Source: an uncultured Candidatus Actinomarina sp.
Lineage (GTDB): Bacteria; Actinomycetota; Acidimicrobiia; Actinomarinales; Actinomarinaceae
Reading direction: 5' to 3'
Assembly: GCA_902634185.1 (NCBI GenBank)
Contig: CACPJC010000002.1
Coordinates: 64,001-128,000, forward strand
DNA length: 64,000 nt
Shown here: piece after piece, positions 19,707 through 29,509 of the stretch
Position numbering within the stretch: the stretch's first letter is position 1
Layout of the letters: every line of letters begins with the position of its first letter
The notes under the pieces: model-generated
Told to the model about the DNA's origin: nothing
The model's database searches: none
What the model saw: the letters and a program-made list of their open reading frames with translations, nothing else
Made by a program: the position numbers and the translations under genes

Positions 19707-19987
19707 CTTCTGTTGTAGGATTGTTTATAAGAACTTGTTGTTACATAAGGCAAAAGAGCTAACTCTCTTCCAATTTTTACAAGTCTGGCAATTTTTGCTT
19801 GTTCTTGTTTAGTTATCCCTGTAATTAAGCTGGATCTGATTTTTCCTCTATCAGATAAAAATTTTTCTAAAAGTTTTACATCTTTATATGTTGCATTTTC
19901 TATCTGCTCTTTTGTAATTCTCCTTTGTTTTGGAGCTTCATATTTTGATAACTTTGGCTTACTTGGTCTGTTGTTTGATTTACCCAT
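19703..19987 (-). CDS. rpsR: 30S ribosomal protein S18 (cysteine-free)
   Basis: YKDVKLL..FLSDRGKI...TG...ALLPY; operon position. Confidence 0.95.
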   Translation of the reverse strand: MGKSNNRPSKPKLSKYEAPKQRRITKEQIENATYKDVKLLEKFLSDRGKIRSSLITGITKQEQAKIARLVKIGRELALLPYVTTSSYKQSYNRR

Positions 19988-19995
19988 GATATACC

Positions 19996-20421
19996 TTAAA
20001 ACGGGGCTTCGTTCTCTTCGAAATCATCTCTTGCTTTAGGTGCTTCTGATACGCTCCCTCCACCTGATGTTCTCTCAACATTTGCTCTTGCCCATCTCAA
20101 ACTAGGTGCAATTTCATCGATGGCTATATCGACTACTGATCTGTTCTGTCCGTCTTGTGTCTCCCAAGATCTGTAATTTAATCTACCAACAACGATTACT
20201 CTCATTCCTTTTTGTAATGTTGAAGATGCATTTTCTGCCATATCGTTCCAAACTGTTCCCTGGAAGAACATTGGCTCACCTTCGTCCCAAGATCCGTCAT
20301 TGTTTCTTTTTCTTTTGTTTTGTGCAATTCTTATCTCAGCTAATGTTGCACCAGAGTCTGTGACTCTTACTTCTGGATCAGCTGTTAAATTTCCAATTAT
20401 TGTTACTGTGTTATCTACCAT
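19996..20421 (-). CDS. ssb: Single-stranded DNA-binding protein
   Basis: GNLTADPE, KGMRVIVVGRL, C-terminal EAPF. Confidence 0.96.
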   Translation of the reverse strand: MVDNTVTIIGNLTADPEVRVTDSGATLAEIRIAQNKRKRNNDGSWDEGEPMFFQGTVWNDMAENASSTLQKGMRVIVVGRLNYRSWETQDGQNRSVVDIAIDEIAPSLRWARANVERTSGGGSVSEAPKARDDFEENEAPF

Positions 20422-20431
20422 TTCTCTACCT

Positions 20432-20719
20432 CTAGCTTTCCATCTTTAACACTTTGTGTCTAATAACATCATCAGATATTTTTAGCACTCTATCTAACTC
20501 TCCAGGAATATTTCCAGGACCTTCAAATGAAGTAATTGTATAAATACCTTCATTGAAAGTATCAATTTGATAAGCAAGTTTTCTTTTTTGCCAAACTCCT
20601 TGATCTGATACGTTACCACCATTAGTGGTAATTAAATCAGTTATAGTTTTGTGTAGTTCTTCAACAACGCTGTCTTCAGCGGTCGGTCTCACAATTGAGA
20701 CTAAATCATATTTACTCAT
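20432..20719 (-). CDS. rpsF: 30S ribosomal protein S6
   Basis: W.KRKLAYQI, ELDRVLKI.DDVIRH. Confidence 0.96.
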   Translation of the reverse strand: MSKYDLVSIVRPTAEDSVVEELHKTITDLITTNGGNVSDQGVWQKRKLAYQIDTFNEGIYTITSFEGPGNIPGELDRVLKISDDVIRHKVLKMES

Positions 20720-20721
20720 AT

Positions 20722-20766
20722 ATCTCCTATGGACACTTGTACGTGGCTTCTTACGAAGCAGGTACT
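20722..20766 (-). promoter_or_regulatory. S6:S18-binding rpsF leader RNA
   Basis: Minus strand ACCTGCTTC-GTAA-GAAGCCAC...GTCCATAGGAGA directly upstream of rpsF, resembling the actinobacterial S6:S18 autoregulatory leader. Confidence 0.6.
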
Positions 20767-20790
20767 TATTAATTTAATACTAGATATGGG

Positions 20791-21654
20791 TTATGACAGA
20801 ATTTTTTTAACTTCTTTTTTCCACTCTTCAAGGTTTTCTAGTAAAGAATCACCCGAATCATAGGAGTGATCATCAGTAGGAAACTCTTTATTTTCAATGT
20901 CTTTTTTGAAATTTTTCATCGTATCAACAACCCTGTCATATTGGTTGTCATACCTTTTCACAAATTTTGCATCTATATACTCTTTAGATTTCATACCAAG
21001 AAGATCATGATAAACAAGTACTTGTCCGTCTACATGTACCCCAGCTCCAATTCCAATTGTAGGAATAGAAACTTGTTCGGTTATAGTTTGAGCAACTATC
21101 TTTGGAACTCCCTCTAAGACAAAAGAAAAGCATCCCAAAGAATCTAGGAGGATTGCGTCTTCTAATAATTCTTTTGCAAGTTCTAAAGTTTTTCCTTGAA
21201 TTTTATAACCACCCATTACATTTTTAGATTGTGGAGTTAATCCAAGATGACCCATTACAGGAATTTCAGCATTAATTAATGCTTTAATCATATTTTCTCT
21301 TTTTTTCCCACCCTCAATTTTTACGGCATCTGCCTTTCCCTCTTGGATGAATCTTGCTGCGTTCTTAATTGTCTCTTCTTCAGAAACGTGATAACTCATA
21401 TAAGGCATATCTGCTACAACAAGGGAGTTTGGATTTGCTCTGGTAACAGCTTTAACATGATGGAGCATTTCATCAACGGTAACTGAGAGAGTGTCATCAT
21501 AGCCTAAAACTACCTGGGCAAGTGAGTCTCCTACGAGAATAATATCTATTTCTGCATCAGATATTGCTTTTGAAGAAGGATAATCATAAGCAGTCATCAT
21601 GGATATGACACGATTATTCTTTAACCCAATTATTTTAGGTACTGTTATTTTCAT
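20791..21654 (-). CDS. panB: 3-methyl-2-oxobutanoate hydroxymethyltransferase
   Basis: TAYDY, LVGDSL, ADMPY, KIEGG, GHLGLTPQ, IGIGAG. Confidence 0.96.
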   Translation of the reverse strand: MKITVPKIIGLKNNRVISMMTAYDYPSSKAISDAEIDIILVGDSLAQVVLGYDDTLSVTVDEMLHHVKAVTRANPNSLVVADMPYMSYHVSEEETIKNAARFIQEGKADAVKIEGGKKRENMIKALINAEIPVMGHLGLTPQSKNVMGGYKIQGKTLELAKELLEDAILLDSLGCFSFVLEGVPKIVAQTITEQVSIPTIGIGAGVHVDGQVLVYHDLLGMKSKEYIDAKFVKRYDNQYDRVVDTMKNFKKDIENKEFPTDDHSYDSGDSLLENLEEWKKEVKKILS

Positions 21655-21805
21655 ATTTCTCTCCGCCTTTTGGTCGAAGGATTAATTTAATAATATACAA
21701 TTATTGTTTATATACAAGGCAGTTTTCAATTAACAAAAAATTCACAATTTTATCAACATACTTAGTGCCATATTTATAGTATGAGTAAAAGAAAGGAAAG
21801 TTAGT

Positions 21806-22120
21806 ATGAGTGTCACAAATTTTGCTATATACACTGTGGCAGTAGGAAGAATCGCTGAAGCAGAGGCTTGGATGGCCGAAATGGGTTCTTTATTTAACGA
21901 AATCACAGGTAAAAAAGTAAAAATACTTAAAGAGGGCTGGGGAGATGCATACAAAATGATTTTCATCACAGAGTATGAAAACATTGGTGAAACTGAAGTT
22001 GTTGGAGAAAAAGTATTTTCTGATAAAAGAGTTGCTGATGGTCTGGAAAAAGGAATGAAAGAAACTCAGTTATTTACAAATGTAGAGAATAAATTTTATA
22101 CGACAATTATGGAAAGTTAA
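21806..22120 (+). CDS. Single-domain ferredoxin-like (NIPSNAP/ABM-like) hypothetical protein
   Basis: Alternating beta/alpha pattern, GAAAGGA RBS; first gene of the local module. Confidence 0.6.
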   Translation: MSVTNFAIYTVAVGRIAEAEAWMAEMGSLFNEITGKKVKILKEGWGDAYKMIFITEYENIGETEVVGEKVFSDKRVADGLEKGMKETQLFTNVENKFYTTIMES

Positions 22121-22136
22121 AAAAAGAAAGGAAAAA

Positions 22137-22772
22137 ATGTATTTTAGAATAACAATTCCCGCTTTACAGGACGGAAAAAAAGACGAAGCTATTACTTTTG
22201 TAAAAGACAAAGTAATGCCTGAATTTGATGGTACGCCCGGATTAATTTCAATGACGGCCGCAATAACTGGTGAGACATCTGGAATAAATATGTCAGCTTA
22301 TGAAAGCAAAGAAGCTAGTGATGCAGTTACCGAAAAAGTTCAAGCAACTCTAGCTGAAGCTGCTTCTTTCATGGCGGCACCACCAGTTATTTATGAAGGT
22401 GAAGCTGTTTTTGGAAAAGTGTATCAAAACATCAGCAAAGATGAGAAAAAGCCAGGTTATATGAGGCTTGTAGTTGGTGTTGCCAAAGAGACAGATGCTG
22501 TCTTAAATTTCTTAAAAGAAAAAGTGGAACCTATATATGAAGATTCAGACGGACTTCAAATAACTGGTGCATTATTTGATGGTAATAGTGCGATCAGTTG
22601 GAATATATGGGATACACAAGAAGCTATGGACAGTGCTGTAGAAAAATTACAAGGGGCACTTGATAGTGAGTCAGAAAGTGATTTATTTGATGGTAGTACG
22701 GTTGCCTACATGGGTCCTGTATACGCCGGTAAATTATTTGTTGATTTCAAAGAAGGTGAAACACCAAATTAA
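22137..22772 (+). CDS. Double ABM-like (dimeric alpha-beta barrel) protein, paralog 1
   Basis: Two internal repeats (GL...S.W/Y.S.EA...G); similar to proteins at 48118, 49370 and 50045. Confidence 0.75.
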   Translation: MYFRITIPALQDGKKDEAITFVKDKVMPEFDGTPGLISMTAAITGETSGINMSAYESKEASDAVTEKVQATLAEAASFMAAPPVIYEGEAVFGKVYQNISKDEKKPGYMRLVVGVAKETDAVLNFLKEKVEPIYEDSDGLQITGALFDGNSAISWNIWDTQEAMDSAVEKLQGALDSESESDLFDGSTVAYMGPVYAGKLFVDFKEGETPN

Positions 22773-22795
22773 TATTGTTTAATCAGTGTTTAATT

Positions 22796-22824
22796 AAAAA
22801 GAGCCCAGCATGGGCTCTTTTTTT
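22796..22824 (+). terminator. Intrinsic terminator
   Basis: AAAAAGAGCCCA-GCA-TGGGCTCTTTTTTT. Confidence 0.85.
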
Positions 22825-22866
22825 GTAAAATTAAGTAAGTAAATATTTAATATATAGGAGGAAATT

Positions 22867-23484
22867 TTGTTAACAGCAAAAGAAGCTCAACTTGGAACTC
22901 TAATGGCAAGGATCGCTGCATTAGGAACTATTGTTATCTTTGCAGTCCAGGCATTGCTTATTGGACCTGATGAAGTTGGTTACAGCGAACAATATGGTGC
23001 AATTGTTGATATAGTTTCATTTATTCAAAGTTTTGGAATTTTATTTACAATATCATTAACTCAAAAATTATTTGGAGATAATAACCCGTATTTTAGAATT
23101 GTAAGTGCAATTTTATTTGTAGCAGCAGTAATTCAATTAACTGGATCATTATCTTCAACAGGTAATGCCAACAGTGTTTTTGAAAGTGTTTTATCTACAG
23201 ATCAAGTTAATTCTGTAGCTAATGTTGGACAACTTGTTACATTTATACTTTTTGGAATATGGGCGTTATGTCTAATAAGTGCAGATGAAAATAATCTTGT
23301 TCCCTCATGGGGCAGAATTTCTGGTCAAGGTGCTGCATATTTAGTTATTGCGGTACAGATTGGTAGTTTATTTGGTTTAATACCTTTAAGTGCTTTTGTA
23401 CCAGTCTTTATTCTTGGTGGAGTAATATTGTTTCCAGTATTTGTATTCGGAATAAGTGTCGCTTTTAGTTCATCTGGTAATTAA
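22867..23484 (+). CDS. Uncharacterised multi-pass membrane protein (family A, paralog of 48759-49367)
   Basis: About 6 TM; GPD..GY.E..G and PSWG motifs shared with 48759; AGGAGG RBS. Confidence 0.8.
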   Translation: MLTAKEAQLGTLMARIAALGTIVIFAVQALLIGPDEVGYSEQYGAIVDIVSFIQSFGILFTISLTQKLFGDNNPYFRIVSAILFVAAVIQLTGSLSSTGNANSVFESVLSTDQVNSVANVGQLVTFILFGIWALCLISADENNLVPSWGRISGQGAAYLVIAVQIGSLFGLIPLSAFVPVFILGGVILFPVFVFGISVAFSSSGN

Positions 23485-23563
23485 CAAGTAAGAAAAGACC
23501 GGTTCAAAGGTTTTAAGTATAGGAATTTAATTGTAAATATTTAAATTCCTATGCTTGCGTGTT

Positions 23564-24163
23564 ATGAAAAATTTAAAATTTGTTTTTCTACTAATATTGT
23601 TTTCATGCATAAGTTTAGAAACATCAAATATGTCTCAAGATACTGAAAAAGCTTACTTTGCTGGTGGATGTTTTTGGTGTATGGAACCACCATTTGAAGC
23701 TCTGGATGGTGTACTTGAAGCAACCTCAGGATATATGGGTGGAGAAACTGAAAATCCAACTTATGAACAGGTGAGTATGGGTAATACTGGTCATGCTGAA
23801 GTGGTTGAAATAGAGTACGACCCAAATATTATTACATACAGTGAGCTCTTAGAGGTTTTTTGGCGAAACATAGATCCTACTGCGTTGAATTATCAATTTG
23901 CAGATGTTGGATCACAATATAGAACCGAAATATTTACAGTTGGACCTAATCAAATGGAAGAAGCACTTAATTCTAAAGATGAGTTAGAAAAGTCAAACAA
24001 ATTTGATAAGCCTATTGTTACTGCAATTACAGAGGCACCTGTGTTTTATATTGCAGAGGAATATCATCAAGACTTCTATAAGAAACAAAGTGCTCGTTAT
24101 AAAATATATGCAGAAGCAAGTGGGAGAAAAGGCTTCTTAGAAGATACATGGGGAGACGAGTAA
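23564..24163 (+). CDS. msrA: Peptide methionine sulfoxide reductase A with signal/lipoprotein-like N-terminus
   Basis: AGGCFWCME, GHAEVV, AEEYHQ; hydrophobic N-terminus MKNLKFVFLLILFSC. Confidence 0.93.
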   Translation: MKNLKFVFLLILFSCISLETSNMSQDTEKAYFAGGCFWCMEPPFEALDGVLEATSGYMGGETENPTYEQVSMGNTGHAEVVEIEYDPNIITYSELLEVFWRNIDPTALNYQFADVGSQYRTEIFTVGPNQMEEALNSKDELEKSNKFDKPIVTAITEAPVFYIAEEYHQDFYKKQSARYKIYAEASGRKGFLEDTWGDE

Positions 24164-24170
24164 CTTATCG

Positions 24171-25046
24171 ATGAACAAAAAGATATGTGTCATTGGAAGT
24201 TCAAATATAGATCAATTTTCTTACATCTCTGAATTCCCTTCAAGTGGAGAAACCTTGATAGGTGATTCATTTGAAACTGGATTTGGTGGTAAAGGGGCAA
24301 ATCAAGCAGTGATGGCTGGACTATTAGGTGCTGATGTCTACATGATTTCTTGCTTGGGAAATGATATTTTTGGGGATTCAACAATCAACAATTTTATTGA
24401 GAACAATGTAAATGTTGATCATATTCAAAGAGTAAAAGTATCAAGTGGTGTTGCTCCAATATGGGTAAATGCTAAGGGTGAAAATAAAATCATTGTAATT
24501 CCTGGGGCAAACAATGAAATTGATTCAAATAAAGCAAAAGCCTCTCTTCAAGAAATAGAAAATGTATCTTATCTTGTCGGACAAGCTGAAATCCCAATGG
24601 ATGTGAATCATGAAGTATTTGATTATGCAAAACAAAATAATATAACTACAGTTTTTAATCCCGCTCCTGGAAAGATTTTAAAGAGTACCTTTCTTAAAAA
24701 AATTGACTGGCTTATTCCAAATGAAAATGAATTTCAAATAATTAGTGGATTAGATGTGACAGATGAAAATATATTGGAATTCTCAAAATCAATTCCATGT
24801 AATCTACTTGTCACATACGGAGAACAAGGTGTTTTATATGTTGAAGATGATGAAATTATAAAATTTAAAGCACCAAAAGTCGACGCCGTTGATACCACAG
24901 GTGCGGGAGATGCTTTTGTTGGTTCTTTTGTATATGCACTATCGAAAGATTTAAAAGTTAAAGACGCTATAAATTTGGCAATTGATAAAGCTAGTTTGTC
25001 TGTTACAAAAAGAGGAACTCAATCCTCATATTCTTCATCTGAATAG
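24171..25046 (+). CDS. rbsK: Ribokinase (PfkB family)
   Basis: GGKGANQA, NPAP, PNENE, DTTGAGDAF. Confidence 0.9.
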   Translation: MNKKICVIGSSNIDQFSYISEFPSSGETLIGDSFETGFGGKGANQAVMAGLLGADVYMISCLGNDIFGDSTINNFIENNVNVDHIQRVKVSSGVAPIWVNAKGENKIIVIPGANNEIDSNKAKASLQEIENVSYLVGQAEIPMDVNHEVFDYAKQNNITTVFNPAPGKILKSTFLKKIDWLIPNENEFQIISGLDVTDENILEFSKSIPCNLLVTYGEQGVLYVEDDEIIKFKAPKVDAVDTTGAGDAFVGSFVYALSKDLKVKDAINLAIDKASLSVTKRGTQSSYSSSE

Positions 25047-25243
25047 CTTTTATTGAACATCCAAAAGACTGTATAAATTAACGCAACTACAAATAAATAT
25101 ATATTAAAGTTTTCAATTTCATTTATTTCTAAACCAAAAACACCATCAACTAGGGCAACTGCAATTCTTAATACAATCCCACAACCAATTAGTCTGCCAA
25201 AACTAAATTTTTTTAAAAATGCGATTAGATTTCCAGAATCCAT
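25019..25243 (-). CDS. Small membrane protein
   Basis: Two hydrophobic segments; follows udp on the same strand. Confidence 0.55.
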   Translation of the reverse strand: MDSGNLIAFLKKFSFGRLIGCGIVLRIAVALVDGVFGLEINEIENFNIYLFVVALIYTVFWMFNKSYSDEEYED

Positions 25244-25250
25244 AATTAAA

Positions 25251-26015
25251 TTATATCTTCAAACTTGATTCAAGAATGATCTTTGTTGCTTTGTTTACTG
25301 AATCTAAATAATCTTCTTTTGAAAGTGCTTCTTGTCTATTTTGATCACCATATACAACAAGTAAAGCCCCGGTTCTGATTCTTCTATAACTACCAACTAC
25401 AAACAAAGTTGATACTTCCATTTCTGAACATAAAACACCACCTTTAACCCAAGCATCCCATTTTTGATTTAATTCATAGGAAACAGGCATAGAGTCAGGG
25501 TCATGTTGTCCGTAAAATGAATCTTTTGATTGAACTACCCCAATATGATACGTTGATTTACTTTCAATTGCGGCAGCTTCTAGTGCTGAAACCATATCAG
25601 CTGATGGAACAGCAGGGAATTCTATAGGCATATATTGAGGTGATGTTCCTTCTTGACGTACAGCTCCATTTGCAATTACCAAATCACCAACTCTTGTATG
25701 TTCTTGCATTGCACCTGAGGTTCCTAATCGAACTAAAGTTTTTGCTCCAATATTTGCTAATTCTTCTATTGCTATTGCAGCAGAGGGACATCCAATTCCA
25801 GTCGAGGTTACGCTCACTGGTCGTCCTTTATAAGTTCCAGTAACTGTTTTATACTCTCGATTAAAAGCTATTTCTTTTGCATCATCAAAGTGTTTTGCAA
25901 TAAAATCTACTCTTCCTGGATCACCTGGAAGGATAACAAAATCAGCTATATCACCTTCTTTTAATTGAATATGGTATTGCCTTTCACCATCTAGCATTGA
26001 TTTTTTTTCTGTCAT
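25251..26015 (-). CDS. udp: Uridine phosphorylase
   Basis: PGDPGR, STGIGCPS, RLGTSG, DSFYGQ, EME; start set at ATG 26015. Confidence 0.92.
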   Translation of the reverse strand: MTEKKSMLDGERQYHIQLKEGDIADFVILPGDPGRVDFIAKHFDDAKEIAFNREYKTVTGTYKGRPVSVTSTGIGCPSAAIAIEELANIGAKTLVRLGTSGAMQEHTRVGDLVIANGAVRQEGTSPQYMPIEFPAVPSADMVSALEAAAIESKSTYHIGVVQSKDSFYGQHDPDSMPVSYELNQKWDAWVKGGVLCSEMEVSTLFVVGSYRRIRTGALLVVYGDQNRQEALSKEDYLDSVNKATKIILESSLKI

Positions 26016-26106
26016 AAGTTTGATGATATCAACGTATTTCAAACTGGTCACTAAGAATTTTTTATAAATATATAGAAAATATTGCTAAAACTGATAATTT
26101 AGTGAT

Positions 26107-27309
26107 ATGAACATTCCAGAAATAACCTTTCCAAATGAAGATAAAGACTTTATAAAAAACCCCTATCCATATTTAAAAGAGTTAAGAAATAGTTCTCCCA
26201 TTCATTATGACAAACTGTCCGGGTTGAATTTAATTACACATTTTGAAGACGTTAAAGAAATACAAAAAAGCAAGAATTTTTCATCTTCAGAACCGGAGGA
26301 TTACGTGAAAGACTCAGGTGAAAAATTGATTAACCCAAAAGATTACGATTATTTTTGGAAAACAGAAGAGTTTAATTTATTGAATCTTGAGGGAAAAATC
26401 CATGATGAGCTTAGAGGGTTAGTTGCTAAAGCATTTTTGAATAGACAAGTACAAGAGTTGAGACCTTTTATGGAAACAAAATCAAATGAACTTCTTAATA
26501 AAATTAATCATGAAAAATTCGATCTTCTTGCAGATTATGCTCAACCTTATTCAATAGCAGTGATTGGAGAGCTACTTGGGGTACCAGAAGAGGATTATGA
26601 AAAATTTCTTTACTGGTCACATGCAATTGTAAAAATGTATGACTTGAAAGTCTCTAATGAAAATGCAAATGAAGCCGAAGCTGCAGCAAAAGATTTCTAT
26701 ATTTATATGAGTGATTTAATTGATGAGAAAAACAACAATCCGCAAAATGACATGATATCTAGATTGTCACAAGTTTCTGAAAACAACCAACAACTAACAA
26801 AAGATCAAATAATTTGCACAGTAATACTACTTTTAAATGCTGGTCATGAAGCAACAGTTAATACAATTGGAAATTCAATAGTTGCATTGTTGTTGAATAA
26901 CGTCTCAACAAAAAATTTGGATAAAAAACATGACATTAAAAACATCATCGAAGAGTTAATTCGTTGGGATAGTCCTCTTCAGTTTTTTCAAAGATGGGTT
27001 TTAGAAGAAACTGTTGTTTCAGGTATAAATCTTTCAAAGAATTCAAAAATTGCCATTCTTCTTGGATCAGCAAATAGAGATGAAACAGCATTTGAAAATC
27101 CAGAAAAAATAGATTTTGAAAGAAGTAATTTAAGTCATACGAGTTTCGGAGGTGGTGTTCATTTTTGTTTAGGAGCTCATCTTGCAAGATTAGAATTAGA
27201 AGTCTCATTTCAAAATTTATTTAAACACGAAGTTGCTTTGGTTGAAGAACCTGAAAGAACTGGCGCATTTGGTATTAGAGGGTTTAAAGAAATTAAAGTA
27301 TCGATTTAA
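26107..27309 (+). CDS. Cytochrome P450
   Basis: AGHEAT I-helix, EELIR, FGGGVHFCLG heme motif. Confidence 0.95.
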   Translation: MNIPEITFPNEDKDFIKNPYPYLKELRNSSPIHYDKLSGLNLITHFEDVKEIQKSKNFSSSEPEDYVKDSGEKLINPKDYDYFWKTEEFNLLNLEGKIHDELRGLVAKAFLNRQVQELRPFMETKSNELLNKINHEKFDLLADYAQPYSIAVIGELLGVPEEDYEKFLYWSHAIVKMYDLKVSNENANEAEAAAKDFYIYMSDLIDEKNNNPQNDMISRLSQVSENNQQLTKDQIICTVILLLNAGHEATVNTIGNSIVALLLNNVSTKNLDKKHDIKNIIEELIRWDSPLQFFQRWVLEETVVSGINLSKNSKIAILLGSANRDETAFENPEKIDFERSNLSHTSFGGGVHFCLGAHLARLELEVSFQNLFKHEVALVEEPERTGAFGIRGFKEIKVSI

Positions 27310-27369
27310 TTCTTCGTAAAAGAGATATTTGTTGGTGCATATCAATACAAACCGATATACAATTCTCAC

Positions 27370-28557
27370 ATGGAGGAATCAAAAAAATATGGCATAAATA
27401 CAAGAGCCATACATACTCAAAAAAAATTTAAGTTACCAACTGGCGATGTCATGCCTCCTATCCATATGTCTACAACCTATGAAAATTTAGAACCTGGTGA
27501 ATCTGAATATTTTTATGGAAGAATGAACAACCCAACAAGAGAGATTTTTGAGAGAACTATGGCTTCATTAGAAGGCATTGATGATCATGAAACTTTGCAT
27601 GGTTTTGCTATGGCTTCTGGAATGGCTTGTGTGACAATGATTGCAGAGTTGGTCAAACCAGGTGAAAATGTTTTAATTACCCAAGAAGTTTACGGTGGCA
27701 CAACAAGATTTTTTACACAGATTGCAACAAAGAGGGGCATAGAAGTAAATTTTTGCAATTTTAATGAAACAGAAAAATTAGAATCTTTGATTAATGAGAA
27801 TACAAAACTTGTTTGGATAGAATCTCCATCTAATCCAAATATAAATCTTTATGATATGTCTTCTATTGCGAAGATTGTACATGATAAAGGCTCACTTTTA
27901 GTTGCTGACAGTACTTTCTCAACACCATTTATCACAAGACCTTTTGAACATGGTGTCGACATTATTATGCACTCAACAACTAAATATATTGGGGGACACA
28001 GTGATACTCTTGGAGGAGTTGTAGTAACAAATAATTCTGAAGTACACGAATATTTACATTTAGTGCAAAAAGCAAGTGGTGCAGTAATGTCACCATTTGA
28101 TGCCTATCTTGCACAAAGAGGTTTATATACGCTTGGACCTCGAATACAAATGCATTCAAAAAATGCCCATCAACTTGCTGAATATTTATTGAATTCTGAA
28201 CATATTAAAGAAGTCAGATATCCAGGTCTTACAAATTTTAAAAATCACGAGATTGCTGTAAAGCAAATGGATTATTTTGGTGGAATGCTCAGCTTTTACA
28301 CAGAGGATCACATAGACGATCAAAAATTGTTTTCTAATTTAGATTTATATAAATTGGCCGTAAGTTTAGGTGGTGTAGAGTCATTAATTGAAGTCCCTTC
28401 GTTAATGACACATGATTCAGCAGCTGGAACAGATGCTGAAGCACCAGATGATTTAATTAGAATTTCTGTAGGCCTAGAGAATATTGAGGATTTAATATCT
28501 GATATGGATAGATCCTTGACTGCGTCAATAAAATCTCTTGATGAATCTAAAAAATAA
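27370..28557 (+). CDS. Cystathionine gamma-synthase/lyase family PLP enzyme
   Basis: YGR..NPT, ASGMA, ESPSNP, HSTTKYIGGHSD, SLGGVESL. Confidence 0.92.
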   Translation: MEESKKYGINTRAIHTQKKFKLPTGDVMPPIHMSTTYENLEPGESEYFYGRMNNPTREIFERTMASLEGIDDHETLHGFAMASGMACVTMIAELVKPGENVLITQEVYGGTTRFFTQIATKRGIEVNFCNFNETEKLESLINENTKLVWIESPSNPNINLYDMSSIAKIVHDKGSLLVADSTFSTPFITRPFEHGVDIIMHSTTKYIGGHSDTLGGVVVTNNSEVHEYLHLVQKASGAVMSPFDAYLAQRGLYTLGPRIQMHSKNAHQLAEYLLNSEHIKEVRYPGLTNFKNHEIAVKQMDYFGGMLSFYTEDHIDDQKLFSNLDLYKLAVSLGGVESLIEVPSLMTHDSAAGTDAEAPDDLIRISVGLENIEDLISDMDRSLTASIKSLDESKK

Positions 28558-29509
28558 CCTTAAAAATTATTTTCCTTTAAAAGTTGCTATTTCATCCGTC
28601 TTTGGATTCTTCATTATTTATATACTCTTTGGTCTTGATGGCTGGGGTGATAGAGCTTCAAATGAAAATGCTATAGGGGAAGTCTCAAGATGGTGTGAGC
28701 GGGTAAGTGATGGTTTACTTAGAGAACCTTCAAATACATTAGGAAATTTGGGATTTGTAATTGTTGGTCTTTATATGTTCTATAAATTGTCTCAAGATGC
28801 AACTTCTGACAACGGAATAACTATGTTTAGCTCTCCAAGTATTGCAGTCATATATGCCGGGGCTTCAACTTTTCTTGGACCGGGTTCAATGGCAATGCAT
28901 GGAACGAATACTGAATTTGGTGCATGGCTTGATAATTTATCAATGATTATGTACATAGTGATCTTATGGATTTACAACCTAAAAAAACTTATTGGTTTTT
29001 CAACAAGAGTATATCTTGTTCTTTACTTTTTACTAGTTACAGTATATGCCTTTGATTCATGGTTTTTGAATGGAGGATTTGGGGTTGGAATCAGTTTGTT
29101 CGAATTGAGTATTGGGCTTTGGATAGCTACTGAAATAGTTGTAAAGTTTCCAAACATTTATGGAAGAATTAGTTCTGGTATTTCAGTATTAGTAATTCAG
29201 CAACTTTTTGGAAGTCCTGTAATAGAGTCTTTTCAAAACTTCCAGAATAATTGGGAAATGCTACTTTATTTTGCTCCCGCATTAATTCCAAATTTAAATA
29301 AACCATCTGAAATAAAGTACTCTCCTTGGTTTTTCTTAGGATTTCTCTCCTTCTTTGGTGCCTTACTTATTTGGGAAACAGGAGTTCCAGATCATCCTTG
29401 GTGCAATCCCGACTCGTGGTTACAAGCACATATGATATGGCATTTACTATGTTCGGCTGCAACCTTTTCATTTTTTAAGCTTTATAGAACTGAGTACTAC
29501 TTAAATTAA
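28538..29509 (+). CDS. Ceramidase-like (CREST superfamily) membrane hydrolase
   Basis: WCE...REPSNTLGN, GSMAMHGT, D..SM, H.IWHLL motifs. Confidence 0.72.
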   Translation: MMNLKNNLKNYFPLKVAISSVFGFFIIYILFGLDGWGDRASNENAIGEVSRWCERVSDGLLREPSNTLGNLGFVIVGLYMFYKLSQDATSDNGITMFSSPSIAVIYAGASTFLGPGSMAMHGTNTEFGAWLDNLSMIMYIVILWIYNLKKLIGFSTRVYLVLYFLLVTVYAFDSWFLNGGFGVGISLFELSIGLWIATEIVVKFPNIYGRISSGISVLVIQQLFGSPVIESFQNFQNNWEMLLYFAPALIPNLNKPSEIKYSPWFFLGFLSFFGALLIWETGVPDHPWCNPDSWLQAHMIWHLLCSAATFSFFKLYRTEYYLN

